Origin: Candidatus Latescibacterota bacterium
Lineage (GTDB): Bacteria; Latescibacterota; UBA2968
Reading direction: 5' to 3'
Assembly: GCA_965204375.1 (NCBI GenBank)
Contig: OZ241986.1
Span: 512,001-576,000 of the forward strand
DNA length: 64,000 nucleotides
Shown: piece after piece, positions 9,947 through 21,987 of the stretch
Layout of the letters: every line of letters begins with the position of its first letter
Numbering within the stretch: the first letter of the stretch is position 1
Program-made: the position numbers and the translations under genes
Notes under the pieces: generated by a model
Databases searched by the model: none
What the model was told of the DNA's origin: nothing
Seen by the model: the letters and a program-made list of their open reading frames with translations, nothing else

Positions 9947-10387
9947 TTATGACAAAATGTCGAACCCAATTCTGACGAGGTCATGAACGAGGCCATCTTT
10001 GTCTCGGGGCATAGTTACGACCCATTTTCGGGTGAATACTTCGTCTTCTTCCTCTATCTGATCGAGATCACCTTGTACACAAAAGTCGATGACGAGCCAG
10101 GATTCTCCAATATCTGGATCTGTTTCCTTATACAGCTTGAGATCGCTTGCGCTTCGGTATGAAGCTGTGATCAGATCAACCGCTTGATGAATTGTATCTT
10201 CGAGGTCATGGTGCTCGCAAAACTGTTGTGCATCCTGATCAGTTGGCAGGCCACATACGTGTGGTAATTCGCTCGAGGTTGCTGTATCTGGCGATCCATT
10301 TTCTATAACCCAGGATAGGGATCTGCTGGAATTTTCCTCAGTCTTGGACCTTGCTGGTATAGCTGCTAAATTTTTTGCTTGTGCCAT
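9947..10387 (-). CDS. Acidic hypothetical protein, putative antitoxin partner of the HEPN gene
   Basis: 146 aa, acidic, 6 nt upstream of the HEPN gene and co-oriented; ETDPDIGESWLVIDF segment. Confidence 0.5.
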   Translation of the reverse strand: MAQAKNLAAIPARSKTEENSSRSLSWVIENGSPDTATSSELPHVCGLPTDQDAQQFCEHHDLEDTIHQAVDLITASYRSASDLKLYKETDPDIGESWLVIDFCVQGDLDQIEEEDEVFTRKWVVTMPRDKDGLVHDLVRIGFDILS

Positions 10388-10420
10388 TTGTACCTCTTAA
10401 TACCGAAGTAAAACGGTAGA

Positions 10421-10837
10421 TCAACTCGAGATGATGCCGCCGCTTGGTGAACCGCCCGCTCCTGGAATGCCTCCCTGTCCGGGCGCACCGCCAGGCATTG
10501 TGCCGGGAACGACGATGCGAGAAGATTCCTGGCGGCGGTATTCTTTGGCTTCTTCAACCATTTGATCAACGGCATCTTTGATGGCCTGGGGAAATTTTTC
10601 TATTGCTTCTTGAAGCGAAGCGGCTTCAATGGGGGCAGAGATTGGCAGAGGTCCCATTTGAGATATGATCTGTGTAGAGCCGATGTATTGGACGGGACGG
10701 CTGATGTCGTCTGTGCCATCGGCGTTGATGGGGATCAGGCGTCGAATTGTGGCGACGCGCAAATCAGTGATGGATTCTTCTCGATAGAGGTTTTGTTGAT
10801 CAACCTGGATCTGATCGAGTGGCAACTGGTCGGCCAT
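10421..10837 (-). CDS. Conserved hypothetical cytoplasmic protein
   Basis: LYREESITDLRVATIRRLIPI..DG..D..R and RRQESSRIVVPG patterns, which I recognise as a conserved uncharacterised family; GGAG RBS before ATG 10837. Confidence 0.65.
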   Translation of the reverse strand: MADQLPLDQIQVDQQNLYREESITDLRVATIRRLIPINADGTDDISRPVQYIGSTQIISQMGPLPISAPIEAASLQEAIEKFPQAIKDAVDQMVEEAKEYRRQESSRIVVPGTMPGGAPGQGGIPGAGGSPSGGIISS

Positions 10838-10942
10838 GAGATTCTCCAAATAATAAGGTTACGGGTGCGCCCCACGAGGGACAAAATGAATGTGAACAAT
10901 CACAATATAGAGTAAGTAGAGAAATTGTGCAAATACGAGAAG

Positions 10943-10967
10943 GGGCGGGTTTGAAACCCGCCCGTAC
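10943..10967 (-). repeat. REP-like palindrome, possibly also acting as terminator
   Basis: Minus strand GTAC-GGGCGGGTTT-C-AAACCCGCCC resembles GTAG-family REP elements; a possible REP remnant (GTGGGGCGCACCCGT) lies at ~10861-10875. Confidence 0.55.
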
Positions 10968-10991
10968 GAAGTGGTCAGCGTTCAACTCGCA

Positions 10992-11020
10992 CAGCCCCCA
11001 GTCCCCAGCCCCCAGTCCCT
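10992..11020. repeat. Short heptamer tandem repeat (CCCCAG[T/C])n
   Basis: cagcccccagtccccagcccccagtccct immediately after the sthA stop. Confidence 0.6.
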
Positions 11021-12390
11021 CACCTTACTCTGTTAAGCCCATTGAGCGCGGCAACGCGATAGGCTTCGGCCATTGTGGGATAGTTGAAGGTGGTGTTGAT
11101 GAAGTACATGAGCGTATTAGCTTCGCCTTCTTGTGCCATAATGGCTTGCCCGATGTGGATGATTTCAGATGCCTGAGAGCCAAAACAGTGGATGCCCAAA
11201 ATTTCAAGGGTTTCGCGATGAAAGATAATTTTGAGCATGCCGGTGAGCCTTCCCGTTAGCTGTGCCCGCGCGATATGGCGGAAGTAGGCGTGCCCCACTT
11301 CGTAGGGGATTTTTTGGGCTGTCAGTTCTTTTTCGGTAAATCCGATAGAACTGATTTCGGGAATGGTGTAAATCCCCGTGGGGATGTCTTCCACGAGGTG
11401 TTGTTCGCATTCGCCAAAGATGAGATGGGTGGCGGCAAACCGGCCCTGATCGTAAGCCGCACTCGCCAGACTGGGAAAACCGACGACATCGCCAACGGCA
11501 TAAATGTGAGGTTGGGCGAGTGTTTGGTACGCGTCGTTGATGAGGATGGAGCCGCGTTCATCTGTTTCGATTCCGATATTTTCCAATCCCATGTTGTCCG
11601 AGTTTCCCGTGCGGCCTTGCGCCCAGAGGAGAATATCGCTGACAATTTGTTTATTGGATTTCAGGAATACGCGCACTTCTCTGTCATTGGCTTCAACGCG
11701 GTCGTATTCTTCGTTGTGGCGAATGCGTACCCCGTTTTGGCTGAGATGATAACTGAGGGCGTCGATGATTTCGTCGTCGAGATAGGAGAGCAATTGGCTG
11801 CGGCTGTTGATGAGATTGACTTTTATACGCAGGCCGCGGAATATGGATGCGTATTCGCAGCCGATTACCCCCGCACCATAAATGGTGATAATGCGCGGTG
11901 TTTCTTCGAGGCCCAGGATGGAGTCGCTATCGCGAATCCGCGGATGGGAAGAGTCGATGTCGGGTGGGTAATAGGGACGAGACCCGGTGGCGATAATAAA
12001 TCCCCGAGCGGTATAGCATTCAGTTCCACCGTTGAGCAATGCGACTTCGACGGTGTGTTCACCGACAAAAGATGCGTGCCCCAGGATAATATCCACATCA
12101 TTGCGTTCGTAATAGCCCGTGCGAAGGTCAACTTGCTGCCGGATGAGAGCAGCGGTTTGGTCGAGCAAGTCGGGAAAACTCGTTGTTCGGTGTGCATTAA
12201 TGTCGATGATTTGCTGCACATACTGGCGCAATGCTTTGCTCGGAATCGTGGCTCTGTGCGTGCTGTTGCCGCCCACATTTTTGAAATTGTCGATGACGGC
12301 AACGCGCTTGCCCTCCTTGGCGGATTTCATCGCCGCGCCTTCTCCGCCGGGGCCAGTGCCTATTACGATGATGTCATAGTCACAGGTCAT
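11020..12390 (-). CDS. sthA: Soluble (Si-specific) pyridine nucleotide transhydrogenase
   Basis: [65 protein letters not shown]. Confidence 0.92.
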   Translation of the reverse strand: MTCDYDIIVIGTGPGGEGAAMKSAKEGKRVAVIDNFKNVGGNSTHRATIPSKALRQYVQQIIDINAHRTTSFPDLLDQTAALIRQQVDLRTGYYERNDVDIILGHASFVGEHTVEVALLNGGTECYTARGFIIATGSRPYYPPDIDSSHPRIRDSDSILGLEETPRIITIYGAGVIGCEYASIFRGLRIKVNLINSRSQLLSYLDDEIIDALSYHLSQNGVRIRHNEEYDRVEANDREVRVFLKSNKQIVSDILLWAQGRTGNSDNMGLENIGIETDERGSILINDAYQTLAQPHIYAVGDVVGFPSLASAAYDQGRFAATHLIFGECEQHLVEDIPTGIYTIPEISSIGFTEKELTAQKIPYEVGHAYFRHIARAQLTGRLTGMLKIIFHRETLEILGIHCFGSQASEIIHIGQAIMAQEGEANTLMYFINTTFNYPTMAEAYRVAALNGLNRVR

Positions 12391-13142
12391 TTTGGATTCA
12401 GATATCCCAATTGCACGAGAAAGTCGTCCATTTGCGCGACGGTTTGTTCGTAGGCTGAGTTATCGTCGCGACCGTGGTTGAAAAAGCCGTGTCCTTTGCC
12501 TTCGTACGCGCAGAGTTCACAGGTATTGCCCGCTTCGCGCATGGCTTTTGTGAAGCGTTGGGCCTGTTCATAAGGGACGGTTGTGTCATCTATTCCGTGA
12601 AAAATTATAGTGGGCGGCTGGTTGGAACAGACGTGTTGAAAAGGCGAGATTGCCCGTGGATCTCTGGGAAAGCGTTCGGCGAGGCGTTTTAGTCCAGCTA
12701 CATCGACGACGGGGTTAAAGAGTACCATTGCATTGGGTTGGGAAGATACCGCCATATCCTCATCGGACGCATCCTGTCCGGGAACAGTGCCGGTACACGC
12801 ACCGACATGACCGCCGGCCGACCCACCGCCCGAAGCGATGCGGTTGGGGTCGATGTTGAGTTCATCGGCATGTGCCCTTAGCCAGCGGACTGCTGATTTG
12901 CCGTCTTCTACACATTCATAAGGCGAGGTGTTGTGTTTGCTTTTGATGCGGTATTCAGCCGATGCCGCGAGCATTCCGCGTTTTGCGAGATACTGGCAAT
13001 GCGGAAAAAACTGTTGCGGATTACCACCCGTCCAGCCACCGCCAAAGAAGAAGACAATGGCGGCTGTCTGTTCGTCGGTGTCGGGTTCAAAGATGTGAAT
13101 GGCGAGTTCGCCCTGGGGCGTGGTTTTGTATATGCGTTGCAT
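12387..13142 (-). CDS. Alpha/beta hydrolase (HSL-like carboxylesterase)
   Basis: [28 protein letters not shown]. Confidence 0.85.
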   Translation of the reverse strand: MQRIYKTTPQGELAIHIFEPDTDEQTAAIVFFFGGGWTGGNPQQFFPHCQYLAKRGMLAASAEYRIKSKHNTSPYECVEDGKSAVRWLRAHADELNIDPNRIASGGGSAGGHVGACTGTVPGQDASDEDMAVSSQPNAMVLFNPVVDVAGLKRLAERFPRDPRAISPFQHVCSNQPPTIIFHGIDDTTVPYEQAQRFTKAMREAGNTCELCAYEGKGHGFFNHGRDDNSAYEQTVAQMDDFLVQLGYLNPK

Positions 13143-13156
13143 GGCTGGTGTCCCTT

Positions 13157-14836
<1,680 letters not shown>

Positions 14837-14837
14837 G

Positions 14838-15545
14838 CTATTTCCCCGGATTGTCTGATTCCCGACAGCCGAGTAATTTTTCGGCTTCCTCGAGTTGTTG
14901 CTTATCGTTAATTGGCAGCCAAAAATCAGCTCCGATCACTTTGATTTTTCGACCTGCTGCAATCAGTTTCATCCATACATCGGGTGTTTCGTATTCGCCG
15001 CGTGCGGATGGCGCGATTCCCGCTTCAAAGAAATCTCTGTCCATGACCATCGCGCCGTTCCAAACCAAATTTGAAATAAATGTTTTTGGCTTTTCGACCG
15101 ACCGAATGAGGTGGCCGTCTTCATCTGTCACCAGAACTCCAAAATTTTGAGGATGCGCCACACGCGAGCCAATGAGAGCCAGGTCCCGTTGTTGGACGAG
15201 TTTCTGAAGGCTGCGCGGTCCAAAAATATCATCGCCAACCATTCCGAGCCACTGCCCGGTGATTACGGGGGCAGCGACTCGAAATGCATGAGCAATACCC
15301 AATGGCTCTTTCTGAACGAGAAAGACAATGCGTCGCCCTCCATACGCACCATCTGAAAAGTGCTGGCGGATTGCCTCCTCGTGCGGTCCTCCTACAATGA
15401 ATACGAGTTCGCTTATCTCGCAGGGTAACCGATCCAGTGCGTGCTCCACGACGGGCTTTCCCGCTACCGGCAATAAGTGCTTCGGTCCCTCATAATCCAT
15501 CGCCATCCGCGTTCCCTTGCCGGCTAACAGCACAACTGCTTGCAT
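14838..15545 (-). CDS. Sugar-phosphate nucleotidyltransferase (RmlA/GlmU N-terminal-like)
   Basis: MQAVVLLAGKGTRM, PKHLLPVAGKP, EKP, SARGEYE; start reassigned to ATG 15545. Confidence 0.85.
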   Translation of the reverse strand: MQAVVLLAGKGTRMAMDYEGPKHLLPVAGKPVVEHALDRLPCEISELVFIVGGPHEEAIRQHFSDGAYGGRRIVFLVQKEPLGIAHAFRVAAPVITGQWLGMVGDDIFGPRSLQKLVQQRDLALIGSRVAHPQNFGVLVTDEDGHLIRSVEKPKTFISNLVWNGAMVMDRDFFEAGIAPSARGEYETPDVWMKLIAAGRKIKVIGADFWLPINDKQQLEEAEKLLGCRESDNPGK

Positions 15546-15570
15546 AAAGTTCTCCTGACTACTGGTTCTC

Positions 15571-16551
15571 TCAATGACTGTCCCGATAGTGTTGCTTGAG
15601 AATATCGCTGCCAAAGTCATTGGTCAGGTCGCGCCAGACAGCGTGGATGTGATTGGCCTCGTCCTGGGTGCAGTCGTATTCGGCGAGGAAGGTGGAGCCG
15701 AGTACGCGATAGTAATGGCCTTCGCCGCGATTCACGCCGCCAGCCCAGGCGAATGCAGCCGTGTCGAGCGAGGTGAGGTTTGCGCGCTGATCCGCTGCAA
15801 TATTTTCGGGCAAGCGGGTGATATATACATTGATGAGTGCAGTGACAACCTCGCGTTGTGATGCGGTCATGTCCTTGAGTTGCAGGCCCTCAATTTGGAC
15901 TTCATCATTTACCTGGGGGACATTGCGGGTGAGGATGTCTGCGGGGGCTTCGGCGCTGATGATGGCCACTCTTTTTTGGTCGCCGTCCAGAGAGGCAAGT
16001 AAGTCGCGGGCAAGGTCTTCTTCTTCTTTGAGGGCGCGCAATCCTTCGTGTTCGCCGTGCCGAACCTGTGCGGGATTGGAGCCGAAGAAGACGGGCGTAG
16101 GCGCGACGAGTGTGCCGTTGACAATGGTGTAATTAACCGAGACGTGGTGACCTTCAAAACGCCAGCTCCATGTGGTGTCACTGCCGGGCGTGCCAAAGAC
16201 GACGAGGTTGTAGAGGTCCGGATCGCGAGGAAACCGCCGTCTGGGACCTTCTACTTCGGCGAGGATGGGTTCCAGATTGATGATTGTTCTGGCTTTGGTG
16301 CGCGCCTGTTCGCTCAGTCCGGTATCGAGCAGGGCAAATGCTTTGTCGCGCTGGTGCGCTTCCATGTCTTTGAGCGCGAGGCCCAATCGGTCGCGCGGGA
16401 TGTAGTGCCAGTCCTGTCTTGCATTTTCATCGCCGAAGCCCAGTTGCGCGGTCGCCGCCTGATCGGGACGCAGTGATGCCAAAAATGCCGTGGCAGCATC
16501 GGCCATGCGATTGGCCGTGTCAATCTGAGTATAAAGTTCTTCGAGGTTCAT
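15571..16551 (-). CDS. DUF3500 domain protein
   Basis: WHYIPR, WRFEGHHVSVN, TPVFFGSNPA, NHIHAVWRD..NDFG. Confidence 0.85.
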   Translation of the reverse strand: MNLEELYTQIDTANRMADAATAFLASLRPDQAATAQLGFGDENARQDWHYIPRDRLGLALKDMEAHQRDKAFALLDTGLSEQARTKARTIINLEPILAEVEGPRRRFPRDPDLYNLVVFGTPGSDTTWSWRFEGHHVSVNYTIVNGTLVAPTPVFFGSNPAQVRHGEHEGLRALKEEEDLARDLLASLDGDQKRVAIISAEAPADILTRNVPQVNDEVQIEGLQLKDMTASQREVVTALINVYITRLPENIAADQRANLTSLDTAAFAWAGGVNRGEGHYYRVLGSTFLAEYDCTQDEANHIHAVWRDLTNDFGSDILKQHYRDSH

Positions 16552-16584
16552 GTTCTCAACTCCTTGTGAATGTGTAGGTGCGTT

Positions 16585-17430
16585 CTACTGACCGTTATCT
16601 GCTGATTTTACTCTTCGTCCTCCCAATGTAGCACCGCCGTCGATGGTGAGTGCTTGTCCAGTGATATTTTTTCCTTTGTCGCTCGCCAAAAAGACGACCA
16701 TGTGGCCCACATCCTCGGGGGTTTGTTCGGTTCCCAGGGGTACGCTGTTGCGGATTACATCTTCAAAAATTTCTCTTGCGGTATATTCCTTGTATGCCGG
16801 GTTGTTGTTTTTGATTTGAGATGCGATCATTTCCCATGCGCGCGTCCAGAGATAGCCGGGACATATTGCGTTGACTCTGATTCCGCGTCCCGCGAGTTGG
16901 CTGGCTAAAGTTCTGGTCAAATGAATGACTCCGGCTTTGGCCGCGCCATAAGCTGGCATGGAAACGCTGGGCATTAATGCGGCGATAGATGCGATGTTGA
17001 TGATGCTGGATCCACGGCTGAGATGTGGAATGGCTGCTCTGGATGAGACAAAGGCGGTTCGTAGATTGGTGTGTAGATGCGCGTCCCAGTCGTCAACGGA
17101 TAATTCCGTCAGTGGGATTTCCAGCGATGCTCTGGCTGCGTTTGTATCCGGTCCTCCAATGCCCGCGTTGTTGACAAGGATATCGAGTGAGCCGAGTTCT
17201 GTAACAACCCGGTCCATTGCCGCGTGCATGGCGGTTTCATCAGATGCATCGGCTGATAGACCTATCGCGGGTGTTTTGAGCGTTTTTGCGGTTTCCTTTG
17301 CACCGTCGCCATCCAGGTCGGAAATGGCGATTTTTGCGCCTGCATCCGACAGGTGCTGTGCAATGGCCGCTCCAATGCCCCGCGCAGCACCGGTTATGAG
17401 TGCAACCCGATTTTGTAATTCCGTGCTCAC
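16585..17430 (-). CDS. Short-chain dehydrogenase/reductase
   Basis: TGAARGIG, NNAG, YGAAK; true start is probably GTG 17430 overlapping the S9 stop. Confidence 0.85.
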   Translation of the reverse strand: MSTELQNRVALITGAARGIGAAIAQHLSDAGAKIAISDLDGDGAKETAKTLKTPAIGLSADASDETAMHAAMDRVVTELGSLDILVNNAGIGGPDTNAARASLEIPLTELSVDDWDAHLHTNLRTAFVSSRAAIPHLSRGSSIINIASIAALMPSVSMPAYGAAKAGVIHLTRTLASQLAGRGIRVNAICPGYLWTRAWEMIASQIKNNNPAYKEYTAREIFEDVIRNSVPLGTEQTPEDVGHMVVFLASDKGKNITGQALTIDGGATLGGRRVKSADNGQ

Positions 17431-20330
17431 GGTTGTTCCTCTTCTAATTTCAATCCGAGTGTTTTTCCTTTTTGCACTGCTGGAATACCCGCGCTCATCC
17501 ATACAGGCGCGGGGGCGTCTTTGAGGTAGTGGTCGAAGAATTGTTGCAGGCGGATGCTCCAATCTTTGCGGTTGTGGTGTTTGCGAATGCCGTGTGCCTC
17601 TCCATTGTAATTGACCAGCCAGGTGGGTTTGCCCAGGCGACGCAGGGCAACGAAGAGTTCGATGCCCTGATACCAGGGTACTGCGCCGTCGTCGTCGTTG
17701 TGCAAGATGAGCAATGGCGTTTGAATTTTGTCTGCCCAGAAGATGGGTGAGTTTTCGATAAATCGTGTGGGGGCTTCCCAGAGCGAACCGCCGATGCGAC
17801 TCTGGCTTTTTTCGTATTGCATCATGCGGCTCAGTCCCGAAGCCCAGCGAATGCCGCCGTACGCACTGATCATATTTGAGACGGGTGCGCCAGCTTCGGC
17901 TGCCCGAAATATGCTGGTTCGGGTGATCATATAGGCGATTTGATAGCCGCCCCAACTGTGGCCCTGCACGCCAATTCGGTCGGGATTGACAAATCCCCGA
18001 TTTATGAGGTGTGTCACGCCAGAGACAACGGCGTTGACGGCACTTTCTCCGGGGAAACCGACTTTGTAGGGGATGTCCGGGATAAAGATCAGATACCCAC
18101 GGCTGACGTAAAATGGGAAATTTATGGAACCGCCAGAGGCTCTTGGTGCGCGGTGAGCGTGTAGTTGATGGGACATTTTTTCATAGAAATAGACCAGCAT
18201 GGGATATTTCTGAGCGGGGTCAAAATTTTCGGGTTTGTAGAGAATGCCCTGCAGGGGTTTGCCGTCGAGCGAGACCCATTCGACGAGTTCGGCAGTGCCC
18301 CATAGGTAGTCTTTTTGTTGCGGATTGACGTCACTTATTTTTCGCGCATTCTGAAAATCGAGATCAGAGGTCCAGAGGTCGGGATATTCTTCAAAAGAGG
18401 ATTGTCTGAAGAGGATTGTGTCGGCGTCTTTGGCCTTTTGGAGATTGGAAAACCGCTTGTCGCGTGCGATGAGTTCAGAGGGTTTATCGGTGCTTTCAAG
18501 GCGATCCCGATAGTAGCCCATGGCTTTGGTTTTGAGATTGAAACCCGATAAGAGCAAATCGGCTTTGGGATCGCGCGCCCGTTCTTCGGGGTCGAGGCTT
18601 ACGTATCTAAAGCGCGTTTCGGTCTCGCGCCCAATCCCTTCGGTGACGTTGACGGGTGCTTTGCGCCCATTGGGATCTGTGAGCCAGATGTCGTAGCGGT
18701 CGTAAACGAGAAATTCTTTGTCGCCTTTTGTCCATCCGGCATTGCCATGTGCGCTGGGTGGATACGGCCAGTCGTGCAATTCGTTGTGAACGGGATGGGG
18801 AATATTTCTGCTGACGTTGACGCGGATAAAATTTTTGACATGCTGAACGTGCCAGTTTTTCCGGGTGCGATCCCACCAGTATATGTAGTTGGATTCGGGT
18901 GAGAGGGTGGGGCGCGTCTGCATTTTGGTGAGTACGCGCGTTGCTTCACCGGTTTTTATGTCGATCAAATAGCTGTCGTAATAAGCTGGCGAATCCCACG
19001 AAATGAGTTGTCGATAGGGGAGAATCGAATAGCCTACCGCGACATCGGCATTGCCATCGCTTCCCAGACGAATATTGGGGATGGTTGCTGTGGCGAGTTG
19101 AACGATTTTGCCATTGTTGAGGTGAAAGACGGCGCGATATGTGCGTTCGCGTTCCTCTTTGGCATCTTTGAGTTGCATGGGTTGGAGGTAGGGATCTTTC
19201 CAGTTCCAGATATCGACTGCGACTTTTTCGTCGTCAGGTGTATCGTCCTCTGCTTCCACTTCTGGTCTGGGGGCGGTGCCAAAAAAGAGGCGCTTGCCGT
19301 CTTTGGAAAAGGAGAGGTTGGCGTGTTCGCTGACCCACCAATTGGAAGGTATGCCCTTTGTCCCAGATCGGGCGATTTTTTTTGCCTTATTGCGCGGGCC
19401 AACGGGCCAGTAGTAGAGGACGTATTCCTGTTGCTCTGCGTTAAAGCTGTCGCGGTTGGCAATAAATGCGAGATGGAGACTGGATTCGTCGGTGGTGATT
19501 TTTTTGTAATCACCCGCGCCCGTGAGAATGGCTGTGGTGTCGCCCGTGCTGGTGCGAATGGCGTAGATGCCATCGGCTGTGCTGTCTTTGTTGGCGGCGG
19601 CAAAAATGAGATACGAGCCGCTTTCTGTGAAGGCGTAGGAGATTACGTGGTTATATCGCGTTTCAGCACTGGTCTGGAGATTGCGGAGAACGAGTGTGGT
19701 GCCTTCGGCTTTTTTGCGTTTTTTCTTTTTGCTGTCTTTGGGTTCTTCTTTTTTGGTTTCTTCAGGTCCGGGTTTTTGTTCGGGCTGTTTTTCGGGTTTT
19801 GGCTCTTCTTTTTTTTCTTCAGGTTCGGATGGTTTTTTCTTTTTGTTCGCAGTACTGTCTTTTTTTGCGATTTCTTTTTCCAGCAAATAGGCGACCCATC
19901 CTCCATTTTCTTTGGGTAGTTTGAAGGATTTGACGCGCGCGGCCTTAAAGATGTCTCCCGTGGCGAGGGTAATGATGCCGATGGAGTCTTTGGGAGATTC
20001 TTCGGGCTTTTTCTTGTCGCGTTTTGCCTGTTTTACCGAGTCTTTGAAGGCTTTGATGAGGGTGACGATATAACGCGAGTCTTTTGTGAATCGAATGGTT
20101 TCTCCGCGCGGTATCGCGTAGGAGCGGTCATCTGCAAGGCTCACGACGCGGAGTTCGGTGTCTTTTTCGTCCGGGCCGACAGAGAGAAAAGCCCATTGTC
20201 CGTTGTCGGAAATATTGCTGGCACGCGTGCGATTCCATACTTCGTACGCGTCGTGATCCAGCGGCTTTTTCTCCTGGGCAAAGACGGACGAAAATAAACA
20301 CAAGAGGACAAACAGAAAATATAAACGCAT
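17427..20330 (-). CDS. Secreted S9 family (prolyl oligopeptidase-like) serine peptidase
   Basis: Signal peptide MRLYFLFVLLCLFSSVFAQ, beta-propeller, GHSWGG nucleophile, HNDDDGAV, EAHG; Lys/Glu/Pro-rich linker at ~19700-19870. Confidence 0.9.
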   Translation of the reverse strand: MRLYFLFVLLCLFSSVFAQEKKPLDHDAYEVWNRTRASNISDNGQWAFLSVGPDEKDTELRVVSLADDRSYAIPRGETIRFTKDSRYIVTLIKAFKDSVKQAKRDKKKPEESPKDSIGIITLATGDIFKAARVKSFKLPKENGGWVAYLLEKEIAKKDSTANKKKKPSEPEEKKEEPKPEKQPEQKPGPEETKKEEPKDSKKKKRKKAEGTTLVLRNLQTSAETRYNHVISYAFTESGSYLIFAAANKDSTADGIYAIRTSTGDTTAILTGAGDYKKITTDESSLHLAFIANRDSFNAEQQEYVLYYWPVGPRNKAKKIARSGTKGIPSNWWVSEHANLSFSKDGKRLFFGTAPRPEVEAEDDTPDDEKVAVDIWNWKDPYLQPMQLKDAKEERERTYRAVFHLNNGKIVQLATATIPNIRLGSDGNADVAVGYSILPYRQLISWDSPAYYDSYLIDIKTGEATRVLTKMQTRPTLSPESNYIYWWDRTRKNWHVQHVKNFIRVNVSRNIPHPVHNELHDWPYPPSAHGNAGWTKGDKEFLVYDRYDIWLTDPNGRKAPVNVTEGIGRETETRFRYVSLDPEERARDPKADLLLSGFNLKTKAMGYYRDRLESTDKPSELIARDKRFSNLQKAKDADTILFRQSSFEEYPDLWTSDLDFQNARKISDVNPQQKDYLWGTAELVEWVSLDGKPLQGILYKPENFDPAQKYPMLVYFYEKMSHQLHAHRAPRASGGSINFPFYVSRGYLIFIPDIPYKVGFPGESAVNAVVSGVTHLINRGFVNPDRIGVQGHSWGGYQIAYMITRTSIFRAAEAGAPVSNMISAYGGIRWASGLSRMMQYEKSQSRIGGSLWEAPTRFIENSPIFWADKIQTPLLILHNDDDGAVPWYQGIELFVALRRLGKPTWLVNYNGEAHGIRKHHNRKDWSIRLQQFFDHYLKDAPAPVWMSAGIPAVQKGKTLGLKLEEEQP

Positions 20331-20412
20331 AGCTGACCTCTCAGAATTAGGTTGGACTTTTGGACGGATCGTTTTGGTCAATATAAGTAGATATACAGCG
20401 GTGGGCAAAAGT

Positions 20413-20440
20413 AAAAGCCGACACATAAAAGTCGGCTTTT
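20413..20440 (-). terminator. Intrinsic terminator
   Basis: AAAAGCCGAC-N8-GTCGGCTTTT downstream of the natAB-like operon. Confidence 0.7.
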
Positions 20441-20515
20441 GTATTCTGGCTCTTTTGGCAAATACTCAGAAATTTGATTCTACATGGTATTTAGCAGAGT
20501 ATTCTTTCAGGTTCT

Positions 20516-20770
20516 TTACGCAGTCTCATCCTTTGAAACCTCACCCTGATCATCCTCTGAAATATGGCGGATTTCTCCAGCGCGTTGCTGTACAACTTCT
20601 TGTGCTGCGCGTTTTTTGTCTTCGTTGAGCATGAGGTCTGTTGCGCCGAGCATTGTGGTAGCCGACCCACCTGCACCTTTGCGACTGCCTTTCACAAGCG
20701 CGTAAATTGCATAGCCGATGACGAGAATTAGAATAAGTGTAAAGATGGCAATACCCAGGAGATGTTCCAT
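20516..20770 (-). CDS. Small membrane protein
   Basis: 84 aa, N-terminal TM, ATG directly abutting the permease stop. Confidence 0.6.
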   Translation of the reverse strand: MEHLLGIAIFTLILILVIGYAIYALVKGSRKGAGGSATTMLGATDLMLNEDKKRAAQEVVQQRAGEIRHISEDDQGEVSKDETA

Positions 20771-21967
20771 TTAAGTCTCCCGAAAGATCGTGCTTTCGCG
20801 TTCAAACCATCTGGCGCAGCCATAGAGGCTGAGGGCTGCGAGGGCGATGAGCGATGCATAGACTTCGAATAATAAGGGCAGTTTGATGGTTCCTGCGAAA
20901 ATTTCTTTGGATGCAAGCGAGACATTTAAGACCGGTATGAGCGATGTGATAGCATTGAGCTCAATGCCGGGCAAGAGGCCGATAAATACGGGAATAATAA
21001 TGATGATGTTGAGGGGCGCCATAATGCTCTGCGCTTCTTTGAAAGATTTGGCAAATATGGAGACGGACATTAAGGCAGCGGCAAAAAAGATGGTTAAGGG
21101 CAGGCACAGAGAAAGGACCAGGAGGATGGATGATATTTCGAACATGCCCTGTAGCGCGTCGAGGATTCTTGCGACAATTTCTCGTTGTAACATAACAGCT
21201 ATAAAAAAACCGATAAAACTATTGGCGATTGAAGCAAACCCCGATAGGACAATCACGCCACATTTGCCCAGTAAGATCTGAATTTTGCTGACGGGGGCAA
21301 CGAGCAGTGTTTCGAGGGTGGCGCGTTCTTTTTCTCCCGCGCCCAGGTCGAGGGCTGGATACATACACCCCATAAAACACATTAAGACAAAAATATAAGG
21401 CAAAAAACCACCCACGCTTTTTCCGATTCTTTCCCGTTGAGAAGCAATGTCGTGGCGTCTGACCTGCACGGGATCCACAATCATGCGGTCGAGGGCAAGC
21501 CTCTGGAATCGGTCATTGACAATCTGGTTTTCGTAGTCTCGAATCAGACTTGTCAGGCGATTGCGCGATGCGTCCATATCTCTGGAAGATTTGAAATAGA
21601 GATGAATCTGACCGCGTTGCAAGTCGGCGATTTGGGCATCGAATTGCTCATCAACGCGAATGGCTGCATCTATGCTGTCGGAGCGGATGAGCTGAGGGAT
21701 TATGTCTTCTGCTATGTCTTCTCGAATTTTCAGGTCGTCGCGTTTGAGCAGGGTTTCGCGAAATGTCTCTGCATTGCTGTTTGCGATCAGGGCAACTTCA
21801 AGTGTTTTGGTCCTGACTTTTTGGGTCTGACGAGTCGTAAAGACAGCCGCAATTGTGAATAGCAGCGGGAATAACAGCATTGGAATGATAAACATCATCA
21901 TCATCGAACGCCGGTCGCGCGTGATATCCTTAAATTCTTTTTTGAAGATGGTGAGGATCGTTTTCAT
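20771..21967 (-). CDS. natB: ABC-2 type permease, NatB-like (Na+ efflux)
   Basis: KKEFKDITRDRR, AGEKERATLETLL..P, AKSFKEAQS, IPVLNVSL. Confidence 0.75.
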   Translation of the reverse strand: MKTILTIFKKEFKDITRDRRSMMMMFIIPMLLFPLLFTIAAVFTTRQTQKVRTKTLEVALIANSNAETFRETLLKRDDLKIREDIAEDIIPQLIRSDSIDAAIRVDEQFDAQIADLQRGQIHLYFKSSRDMDASRNRLTSLIRDYENQIVNDRFQRLALDRMIVDPVQVRRHDIASQRERIGKSVGGFLPYIFVLMCFMGCMYPALDLGAGEKERATLETLLVAPVSKIQILLGKCGVIVLSGFASIANSFIGFFIAVMLQREIVARILDALQGMFEISSILLVLSLCLPLTIFFAAALMSVSIFAKSFKEAQSIMAPLNIIIIIPVFIGLLPGIELNAITSLIPVLNVSLASKEIFAGTIKLPLLFEVYASLIALAALSLYGCARWFERESTIFRET

Positions 21968-21987
21968 GGGGGCCTCTTTTGGCAAAT

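Noticed and set aside
17431-17955. 175-aa N-terminal extension of the SDR in the ORF track
   Set aside because: Overlaps the S9 peptidase catalytic domain in another frame; the SDR fold begins at GTG 17430.
19700-19870. T-rich low-complexity tract as a phase-variable or non-coding element
   Set aside because: It encodes an in-frame Lys/Glu/Pro linker of the S9 peptidase and the frame is intact.
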